From Octopus bimaculoides (taxonomy: Eukaryota), in contig NC_068987.1 of NCBI RefSeq assembly GCF_001194135.2, positions 75,521,487 through 75,585,486 on the forward strand: a DNA stretch of 64,000 bases, given 5' to 3'. A model generated the notes under the pieces. The model saw only the letters and a program-made list of their open reading frames with translations. It did not search any database and was not told the DNA's origin. Made by a program: the position numbers and the translations under genes. This document shows, in pieces, positions 55,240 to 64,000 of the stretch (position 1 is its first letter; every line of letters begins with the position of its first letter).

Positions 55240-55415
55240 TCGGCAGATCGGAAGAAAATGCTTTGCAATATTTCGGTTGTTTGTGTTCTGAGTTCAAATC
55301 CCGCCGAGGTTAAATTTGTCTTTCATCTTTTCCGAATTGATAAAATAAGGCACCAGTCAAGAACTGGGGCCCATTTGATTGATTAGTCTACTTCCCCAGA
55401 ATTAAGACCTTGTGC
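55240..55415 (+). mobile_element. SINE family A, degenerate
   Basis: GAGTTCAAATCCCGCCGAGGT..CTTTCATCTTTTCCGAATTGATAAAATAAG. Confidence 0.7.
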
Positions 55416-55899
55416 GAAAGCTCATGGGGGTAGTTGAGAAATCCAAGTTACTTAGTGGTTGAGTGGTTAATCTATAAACCAGAGCTGTACCCTAATATCT
55501 TGATAGACGCCTTTCGTTAAATTCCCCAGGGCTGAAGATCTGTGTGCTTTTCAGTTTATGCGAGCGTGGCCGTGTTAGTCTTGCTGAAAGGAGAGCATGG
55601 TCGTTATCATCGTTAATTTCAATTCCATAACTCTGTTAGATGCAGAGTAGAAAAGTTTGGCTATGATGCTCCGAAAGTGGTTGATGCATGCAGATGGTAG
55701 TGTAGTCACTTTGATACAAAACTTGACGAATTCTTGATAGATTTATTCGGGACTAGCTGCGTCTTATGTAACAAAACGTAATAATGTTGGAAAAAACCTG
55801 ACTTTGGAAGAACCATGATGAATTTAGATCAAACTAAAGGCTTCAGCTCCGACAGTTGCTACATAGTCTGACCTGTTTCCTCTTCATCTCAGAGGCTGG

Positions 55900-56440
55900 G
55901 TTGTTTCCTTGTACAACGTGATATCTTGAGAAATATTCCACTCCTACTTGGAAAAGTACAGAGAAACGTATTTGCATAAGCGAACGATATCGCCATCACA
56001 TTTTCTGGCATCTCAGAAACTGGAACAGTGGGTACTATACTAAAATAAGACGAGGTGGTAACAAGAGTACATATTAATAAATACACAAATCGGTGGGCTT
56101 GAAAGTCGTTCTCTAGAGAAGGACTCATTGGTTGCGGGTATGGTAAGGCGTTATGGTGTTAGAGAACTAGCATGCTTCAAACTTCCAAGTGAATTGAAAA
56201 TCGGACAGAATAGGAGCCGTGTAGCCCGCCTCATTTAGACATCGGCTGAAAGAACGCTATTCTTGAAATGTCGAGCAAAGGTGGCGAATGCATCTATCGC
56301 CTCTGCAATGTTAACTCCTGGCTAGATTGTAATGTCTTGTCATAGCATCTTTTCATTTAAGAAGCGTTTGCTCTTTGGCTTCTCGTGGAAGAAATGGCTT
56401 CCGCTGGTCAAAATGTCTGATGCCGATATATTCAGTAATC
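55900..56440 (+). pseudogene. L1/Tx1-clade LINE reverse transcriptase remnant
   Basis: VFA*ANDIAITFS..VGTILK*DEVVTRVHIN (decayed YADD region) and ERTLFLKCRAKVANASIASAM..RLLFGFSWKKWLPLV, resembling Tx1-type R.LSL.GR..V.N and LF.FLW motifs. Confidence 0.75.
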
Positions 56441-56710
56441 AAAGTGAACGTTGTAATACTGATTCTGGGGGCGGTGATGGTGTTGGTGATGATGATGACT
56501 GTGGTGATGATGCTGTTGGTGATGAAGTTGAATATGATTAAAATGATTATGATGGCGGAGGCGAAGGTTATACCCTTGATGATATTAGATGATAATGATA
56601 GATAATGATATTGTTAGATGACAATAATGAAAATGATCATTAAATGATCATGAAAAATGTTCATCATCAACGTCGTCGTCATCGTCATCGTCGTCATCAT
56701 CATCATCATC

Positions 56711-56742
<32 letters not shown>

Positions 56743-57477
56743 CATCAATATTATTTTATATATAAAAAGTAGAAACGAAAAATATATATTCATTAATCCT
56801 CTTATACGAATCAATCTATCGTCTTCCTTGCTCTCTTTTCTAGTTTGTGAGTTAATTTCATTCTTTTTCTATTCACAGACATCTCAGTATTTCTACATAC
56901 CAGATTTTTTTTCCACTTCAACCTCCTCCTCTCCTCACTCTACTTTTTACATAGCTATTCACCTCCATTCTATCGTATTTCTTTTCACTGATATTTTATG
57001 TACTTATTTAAACTGTAATCTTTTATCTTTCATTGAATATGTTTTCGTCTTTATCTGCTGCTATTGTATAACTACCATTTTGCGTGTGTATGCATATTTG
57101 CATCCAAAAGTAACTGTATATCTTTACATGTGTTTGCGTGTAGGTCACTGTATATATGACCGAGAGTATTTGCATGTGTCTCTGTGTGTCAGCATATATA
57201 GGGTGTCTCGTAATGATCGTACACAACTTAAATGCAAGTAACTCGGATTGGAAAAAAGCACATTTATAAACGAGAGTGCATAATTTATTTCCAAGTCACA
57301 AATAAAATGTATCTCATGATAATGAAACACTGTGTATCTATATACATGTATTGATGCTTGTATACATATCTTTATGAATGTGTCAATGTGAAAGAGAAAC
57401 GGATGTCTAGAAACACATCTATTTAATGCCAATCACCCTACACGATAGCAACAACAACAACAACAACAACAACAACA

Positions 57478-57694
57478 AATCCTTTCTACTATAAGCACAA
57501 GGCCTGAAATTTTAGGGAAGGGGACAGTCGATAACATTGACCCCAGAGTTTCACTGGTACCTGATTTATCGATCCCGAAGGGGTGAAAGGCAAAGTCGAC
57601 CTCGGTGGAATTTGAACTCAGCACGTAGCGACAGGTGAAATTTTGCTATACATTTCATCCGGCGCGCTAACGATTCTGCCAGCTCGCTGCCTTA
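57478..57694 (-). mobile_element. SINE family A
   Basis: GAAAGGCAAAGTCGACCTCGGTGGAATTTGAACTC..CTGCCAGCTCGC. Confidence 0.88.
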
Positions 57695-57840
57695 AGAACA
57701 ACAAATAATACAGCAATAACAGCCACAAAGATTCTATTCTGGAGAGCATCCATTTTCGGACATAGAATTTACATCAAAGAAATATGAAATAAGATGACCT
57801 GTTTTTTTCCGGAGAAGGAATTAATTAGTACAAGAGAAGA

Positions 57841-58052
57841 CAGTGAACTGGTAGAATCGTTAGCACGCCGGTCGAAATGCTTAGAGGTATTTCGTGCATA
57901 TTTCCGTTCTGAGTTCAAATTCCTCCGAAGTCTACTTTGTCTTTCATTCTTCTGGGGCCAATAAAATAAATACCAGTTGAGCACTCGGGACGATGTGATC
58001 GACTTACCTCCGCCCACGAAATTGCTGACCTTGTGCCAAAATTTGAAACTAT
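57841..58052 (+). mobile_element. SINE family A
   Basis: TGGTAGAATCGTTAGCACGCCGG..GAGTTCAAATTCC..TACCAGTTGAGCACT. Confidence 0.85.
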
Positions 58053-58540
58053 TACTGGAGTAGGAGAAAATGCAGCCGGTATTTCCGGCTGTTTATATTC
58101 TGAGTTCATATCCCTCTNNNNNNNNNNNNNNNNNNNNNNNNNNNNNNNNNNNNNNNNNNNNNNNNNNNNNNNNNNNNNNNNNNNNNNNNNNNNNNNNNNN
58201 NNNNNNNNNNNNNNNNNNNNNNNNNNNNNNNNNNNNNNNNNNNNNNNNNNNNNNNNNNNNNNNNNNNNNNNNNNNNNNNNNNNNNNNNNNNNNNNNNNNN
58301 NNNNNNNNNNNNNNNNNNNNNNNNNNNNNNNNNNNNNNNNNNNNNNNNNNNNNNNNNNNNNNNNNNNNNNNNNNNNNNNNNNNNNNNNNNNNNNNNNNNN
58401 NNNNNNNNNNNNNNNNNNNNNNNNNNNNNNNNNNNNNNNNNNNNNNNNNNNNNNNNNNNNNNNNNNNNNNNNNNNNNNNNNNNNNNNNNNNNNNNNNNNN
58501 NNNNNNNNNNNNNNNNNNNNNNNNNNNNNNNNNNNNNNNN

Positions 58541-58886
58541 NTTCGATTCCCAGACCGGGCGTTGTGAGTATTTATTGAGCGAAAACACCTAAAGCTCCAC
58601 GAGGCTCCGGCAGGGGATGGTGGCGAACCCTGCTGTACTCTTTTCACCACAACTTTCTCTCACTCATACTTCTTGTTTCTGTTGTGCCTCTAATTCAAAG
58701 GGTCAGCCTTGTCACTCTGTGTCACGCTGAATATCCCCGAGAACTACGTTAAGGGTACACGTGTCTGTGGAGTGCTCAGCCACTTGCACGTTAATTTCAC
58801 GAGCAGGTTGTTCCGTTGATCGGATCAACTGGAACCCTCGACGTCGTAAGCGACGGAGTGCCAACAACAACAACAACAACAACAAA
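58541..58886 (+). mobile_element. SINE family C with (CAA)n tail, head in N-gap
   Basis: Closely similar to 43690-43993; ends GACGGAGTGC(CAA)n. Confidence 0.9.
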
Positions 58887-60092
58887 TGACTTACATTTAA
58901 GAAAAGAAATATGTTTGAATGTTGATTCCTTTCTAGAGTGTATTAATAGCGCAAGTAAATGAAACTAACTCCAGCTTCGAGTGAAACAGCATCGCCGCTT
59001 TAGATTGCAAAGAGTGTAGCTTTTGCCATACATTTTAACGTGGTGGACAGGAAACTGATATATTTCTTTGTTACGCCTTGTGTCTTATGTCAGTATTTGT
59101 AAACACTGCTTCAGATATTTCCAGCGTCAGTTAATATGTGTTTTAAACCGTAAATAATAGTATGTATATTTGTGAGCTGGTGTATATAAATGTATTTTGC
59201 ATTAAAAATACAAAACGTAGGTTTTGTACCTTTATATGCAAGTTAATCTGAGCTTAAGCTATCTATGGATAGTTTTGAGTTTTATGAATGTGCGCAAATA
59301 TGTAAATATGGCTGTTAACTATTAAACCATGGATAGTACATTAATCATACACTCCTTGCACACACTAGCAATTCTCACTTTGTATGAATATTTCATGAAG
59401 TTATTATTTTCGTAAAGTTATTTTTTTTCATATTCCATTGTTGAAATCTGATATTCTCCCCCACTCCCGTTTTTGAATTCATTATTTATTTAGTCTTCTG
59501 TATTTTTTTCCTCTGTCTTTCAAATCGAAGAACTCCTGCATATGCTATTTAAATGAAGATTTGAGTCTGCACTTTTGCAGACGTGGTGGGAATAAAATGT
59601 CAGATAGCCAAACAGTGAATGACAACATGAATAAATATATGAATACACGAAAGGAACACTTTAAATATTTCGCTTCATATAATACCAGATTTAGATTCAG
59701 CTATATTATTAACCTTTAACCTTAAAGCAAACATTTTCCATTTAACGATGTAAAGAGAGCGACATAAAATTCCATGATATAAATCTCAATGTGTTGGCAG
59801 GAATTCTGGAGTACAGATGAAATGAGTTTTGACAATATAATTACGTTTCCCTATAATCGCAGTTCGGAATGATAGCAAGGTGTACGTCGATTTTTTTCAT
59901 TCTTTGGATTGTTTGTGGTGGGTGATAAAACATGAGTAATATACAACAGAAAATTTGCGCCACTGATAAAATACTAATGACGGACTTGTCGATTAATAAA
60001 TGACTCATACAGTTCTATATTTAAGAGATGAGGAATTATGTACATTATTTACATTTGATGGATATTTGTCCTCATCTTGTTTGTTTGTTGTT

Positions 60093-60138
60093 AACACAAC
60101 GTTTCGGCTGATATACCCTCCAGCCTTCATCAGGTGTC
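60093..60138 (-). ncRNA. Minimal type-I hammerhead ribozyme
   Basis: GACAC CUGAUGA A GGCUG-GAGGGUAUAU-CAGCC GAA A-CG-U U GUGUU: stem I GACAC/GUGUU, stem II GGCUG/CAGCC, palindromic ACGU stem III, predicted GUU cleavage between 60098 and 60097; one extra A after CUGAUGA. Confidence 0.75.
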
Positions 60139-60184
60139 TTGGGAAAATTTCGAACCTGGGTTCTCTTTCCTAAGGTATTTTCCA

Positions 60185-60238
<54 letters not shown>

Positions 60239-60266
60239 GTTGTTGTTGTTTTTTTTCTTCTTTCTT

Positions 60267-60326
60267 CAAATTTTCTTCCATTTCTCGCCGAGTGTTTTCC
60301 GTACATCTAGGGCAGAGAAACTCATT
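60267..60326 (-). mobile_element. R4/Dong-like 3' UTR fragment nested in (TAA)n
   Basis: Reverse complement of 34949-35008 with 2 mismatches; TAA-type repeats on both sides (one side via a short A-rich/(CAA) linker). Confidence 0.85.
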
Positions 60327-60736
60327 ATTATTATTATCATTATTATTATTATTATTATTATTCAGATCACTGCTTGGAATCGAACTCGGTATCTTGGGAT
60401 TAGTAGGCCGCGCTCTTTACTACTATGCCATATGCCCGTGGGCCCACGGGCATATGGTATATACGGTTCACTCATACTTAACAAAGTGTCTTAGATTATG
60501 GAAGAATATCTGATATTTGAAATCAGAATGCAAAGAGATACAAATAAATTCCAAAAGGTATATGAACCAAAGGTCTTATGAACCGTCTATTATATAGACG
60601 TCAGTAACTCTACGAGTACTAAATTTGTAAAGCCCGGATAGATGAGAGAAAAATCTGACAAACACGGATTTTGAATTCATAGCTACTTTACCGATTCTGA
60701 CACATCAGAAAATGATACTACTACTACTGCTACTGC

Positions 60737-60866
60737 TAGTAGTATCCAAGCCGGCGGGGCTCGCTCTGAGCACTCAAATTTTTTCACAGTGAACGTACAT
60801 GTAGTGGTAGTTGTTATAATTCTTTCCACAGTAGTATCCAAGTTTTCCATAAGACCAACAATTTTG

Positions 60867-60925
<59 letters not shown>

Positions 60926-61019
60926 AGTAGTAGTAGTATCCAAGCCGGCGGGGCTCGCTCTGAGCACTCAAATGTTTTCACAGTGAACGTACATGTAGTA
61001 GTTGTTATAATTCTTTCCA
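60737..61019. repeat. Direct duplication of an about 90-bp unit around a (CTA)n/(TAG)n tract
   Basis: TAGTAGTATCCAAGCCGGCGGGGCTCGCTCTGAGCACTCAAAT..CAGTGAACGTACATGTAGT..TTCTTTCCA at 60737-60828 and 60931-61019. Confidence 0.9.
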
Positions 61020-61226
61020 ATTTTGGCACAAGACCAGCAATTTTGAGTGGTGGGGATAAGTCGATTACATCGACCCAATTCATGACGTATTATCTTATTG
61101 ATCCCAAAGGAATGAAAAGCCAAGTAGACTTCAGCGACTTTTGAATTCAGAACATAAAAGATTCCGAAGAAATGCTACTAAGCATGTTGTCCGACGTACT
61201 AAAGATGCTTCCAGCTTACCGCCTTA
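61008..61226 (-). mobile_element. SINE family A, degenerate
   Basis: GGCACAAGACC..GTCGATTACATCGACCC..GAATTCAGAAC..CCAGCTTACCGCCTT. Confidence 0.75.
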
Positions 61227-61577
61227 ATAATGAAGAAAGAGTAATAATAATGACATCTAATTGGGGCACAGGGCCAGCAGTTTCGAGGGGATGTATTTAA
61301 TTGATTATATAAACCTCATCTGAGTTCCTTTGCCTTTCATCCTTCTGGGTTTGAAGAGACCAAATATAGAGATAGGCATTAAACAGTAGAACACAAGAAT
61401 AAATTTTGACAAAAATAACTAATTTTAGCGCATAAATGTCTGATGGACTAATCTCCGAAACGTTAAGGCACTCTCTTTTACCATTCGGACGTTAAAGTCA
61501 CATAGGCTTTTTCTGAAACATGTATTACTTGTCTATCATCCTTAAACTTCACAGACACACAGACACACAGACAGACA

Positions 61578-61628
<51 letters not shown>

Positions 61629-61784
61629 CCATCCATCCATCCATCCATCTGTCCATCCATCCATCTATCCATCCATCCGTCCATCCTTGCGGAGTCATGT
61701 GATAGAGAAAAAGGAGAAGGCAGACAGTAAAAAATAAAAAATAAAAAATAGGAAAGTAAACAAATAAAATAAAATAAAAATGGA

Positions 61785-61831
<47 letters not shown>

Positions 61832-61869
61832 TATTATTATTATTATTATTATCATCATTATTTTTATTA

Positions 61870-62072
61870 TGGCGGCGAACTGGCAGAAACGTTAGCACGC
61901 CGGGCGAAATGGTTAGCGATATTTCGTTCGTCTGTACGGTGTGAGTTCAAATTCCACCGCAGTCGACTTTGCCTTTCATCCTTTCGGCGTCGATAAATTG
62001 CGTACCGGGATCGATCTAATCGAGTGGCCCCCTCTTCCACAATTTCGGGCCTTGTGCCTAGAGTAGAAAAGA
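61870..62072 (+). mobile_element. SINE family A
   Basis: GGCGAACTGGCAGAAACGTTAGCACGCCGGGCGAAATG..GCCTTTCATCCTTTCGGCGTCGATAAA. Confidence 0.9.
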
Positions 62073-62120
62073 TCATTATTATTATTAATTAAAGAATTTT
62101 TTTTCATTAAATAATCGGAC

Positions 62121-62169
62121 AAATGTCACTAAATATTTTGCACGCCATGCAAAATATTTCGTGACATTT
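62121..62169. other. 22-bp stem hairpin with 5-nt loop
   Basis: AAATGTCACTAAATATTTTGCA-CGCCA-TGCAAAATATTTCGTGACATTT, one mismatch. Confidence 0.85.
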
Positions 62170-62323
62170 TGTTCAACTTTACCAGTTGAATAATGGTGTG
62201 GATGTAATTTACTACCCCTCCCGTCAAATTTCAGATAATAAGTTAAAAGTCTTATTTATTATAAATAGTTTTTGTTTAACTCATAATTATAATAACTTTC
62301 AATGCGTATAAATTATAAATACC

Positions 62324-62556
62324 TATTTCTTTACTGCCCACAAGGAGCCACACACAGAGGGGACAAACAAGGACAGACAAACGGATTAAGTCGATTATAT
62401 CGACCCAGTGCGTAACTGGTACTTAATTTATCGACCCCGAAAGGATGAAAGGCAAAGTTGACCTCGGCGGAATTTGAACTCAGAACGTAACAGCAGATGA
62501 AATACCGCTAAGCATTTCGCCCGACGTGCTAACGTTTCTGCCAGCTCGCCGCCTTC
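62324..62556 (-). mobile_element. SINE family A, full length with 16-bp TSD
   Basis: ATAAATTATAAATACC at 62308-62323 and 62557-62572; intact A-box and B-box. Confidence 0.93.
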
Positions 62557-62934
62557 ATAAATTATAAATACCATCAGAAACAACATTTAAAATGTATTGA
62601 TATATTTTGTCCTGTATAATAAATTTATTTTGTTTGCATTTAAAGTGTATTAATATATTTTATTTTGTTCGCAGTTATATTTTGGTCGCATAAACAAAAT
62701 ATATGTTTACACACTTCAAATGAAAATGAAACATATTTATGGAAAGAAAAAAAAAATTGTACTGCGGTTGTAAGTCCTCGAATACAAATCGGTTTCCAAT
62801 TTGAAAATAAAAATTAAAAAAAGATTAAAAACATATACCAATGATTTTATTTCCAAAAGCTGCGGTCTCAGAATCTCTGATGTTCAAAGTGATTTTTTTG
62901 AAAGGTTTCATGAAAATATGAGGGGATCATTTTA

Positions 62935-63085
62935 TCTTTTATCTTTTACTTGTTTCAGCCAGTAGACAGTGGCCATGTTGGGGCACCGCTTTTAGTTGTG
63001 CAAATCGACCGCTTTACTTATTTTCTTTTAAGTCTAGTACTATCGGTCTCGTTTTGATGAACCGCTAAGTTGCGGAATGTAAACA
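62935..63085 (-). mobile_element. SINE family B 3' tail
   Basis: TTTTATCTTTTACTTGTTTCAG..GGCCATGTTGGGGCACCGC..AACCGCTAAGTTGCG. Confidence 0.75.
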
Positions 63086-63087
63086 AA

Positions 63088-63485
63088 TCTCCACTTCTTC
63101 GTCGGATGTACACCCCGCCATTGGAACCAATCACAGTAAACTTCGATTCATCGCTATAATGTACCTGCGTCCACTGTTCTGTCCAAATGACATGTTCGCG
63201 AGCGAAACGAAGACGGGCTCTTTGATTTTTCTTGGAGATCAGAGGTTTCTTTGCCGGTGCCCGAGCAAGCAATCCAGAACCTCGTAACCTCCAAGAAACC
63301 GTTTTGCGCGATATCTCAGCAGCACTCTTAATCCTATCCTTCAGTGACATTCTAACCATAATACGGTCCTGTCTTGGTGAAGTTTTACGAGGTCTACCTT
63401 TTTTGGGGGTTTAGCATCTGTCGATCCTGATGACTTAAAACGAGCTACAATTCGTTGCACAACACTGCTAGAGTTCTGATGGCGT
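63088..63485 (-). pseudogene. Tc1-family transposase N-terminal fragment
   Basis: SVVQRIVARFKSSGS..GRPRKTSPRQDRIMVRMSLKDR..KKPLISKKNQRARLRFAREHVIWTEQWTQVHYSDESKF (HTH region and first catalytic D). Confidence 0.92.
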
Positions 63486-63488
63486 GAT

Positions 63489-63570
63489 GAAGGGGTTGAT
63501 CTCATGGATTGGCTACCTCAAAATCTCAATCTCAACCCTATAGAAAACGTTTGGAAGATTGTTGGAGATG
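63489..63570 (+). pseudogene. Tc1-family transposase catalytic C-terminal motif, opposite orientation
   Basis: EGVDLMDWLPQNLNLNPIENVWKIVG resembles the Tc1 WP.QSPDLNPIEN.W motif. Confidence 0.75.
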
Positions 63571-63579
63571 GAGCAGGGA

Positions 63580-63892
63580 GGTGAAATTCAAACAAACAAG
63601 ATTTTTCCAATTTTGGGTACTCTCCTCTATTGTATCCCTCGATCTTCTCCTTGAGTGATGTGCTTATGACGCCGAGGACTTGATTATGACGCCATGTATA
63701 CCTTTCTAGTGCTAGTCTGCAGCTTGACAGAACATGTCTCACCGTCGCTTTCTCTCCGCATCTACATTCATCGGTTGTTTTTATGTTCCATCGGACTAAG
63801 TTCGCCTGTGAGGGTAGAACGTCGAAGGTAGACTTGATCAGGAATGATGTTCTTGCTGTTCCCAAGCCAAAAGTTCCTTCCATGAGATATGT
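63580..63892 (-). mobile_element. RLE-type non-LTR retrotransposon fragment (HERO/NeSL-like CCHC region)
   Basis: SWKELLAWE/ARTSFLIKSTFDVLPSQANLVRW..CRCGEKATVRHVLSSCRLALERYTWRHNQVL; CCHC knuckle followed by RY.WRH..VL. Confidence 0.85.
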
Positions 63893-63990
63893 CTTGCTCA
63901 AGAATACAACACGCAGCCCGGTCCGGGATTCGAACTCACAACCTCACGGTCGTAAGCTCGACGCTCTAACTACTAGCCGTGCGCCTTCAC
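63893..63990 (-). mobile_element. tRNA-derived SINE 5' part (family D-like)
   Basis: Minus strand GAGTTCGAATCCC B-box and TTGTATTCTTGAGCAAG CORE-like motif. Confidence 0.8.
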
Positions 63991-64000
63991 TTTATATATA

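Larger units (their letters stand above)
60008..60442 (-). mobile_element. Composite SINE-like element: tRNA-like Pol III head + (TAA)n + hammerhead-bearing 3' segment
   Basis: Minus strand: A-box TGGCATAGTAG (60430-60420), B-box GAGTTCGATTCC (60387-60376), (AAT)n, then CTGATGA..GAAAC motif and a tail ending ..TAGAACTGTA; linkage seen in this one copy only. Confidence 0.65.

Overview
AT-rich eukaryotic scaffold with ten N-gaps, extreme microsatellite density and no complete protein-coding gene. The tRNA-derived SINEs (one with a CORE-like domain, as in octopus OR1/OR2) and TTAGGG repeats fit a cephalopod, probably Octopus; this is inference, not a database match. Most of the window is transposon debris: four abundant SINE families plus remnants of RTE (x2), L1/Tx1, R4/Dong, HERO, Penelope (GIY-YIG), hAT, pogo/Tigger, mariner and Tc1 elements. 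Two candidate host exons (48313-48364, 49244-49398) may be the 3' end of an unidentified gene. Best leads: (1) a minus-strand composite at 60008-60457 of a tRNA-like Pol III head, a (TAA)n linker and a minimal type-I hammerhead ribozyme fold, with an R4/Dong 3' end nested in the linker; (2) a 596-bp TIR element with TAG..CTA ends and a 4-bp TSD, carrying a perfect 64-bp (CCCTAA)n/(TTAGGG)n palindrome; (3) a 108-bp-arm hairpin at 7786-8032; (4) a fold-back mariner built from two left ends. All alignments and translations were done by eye, and many boundaries are approximate.
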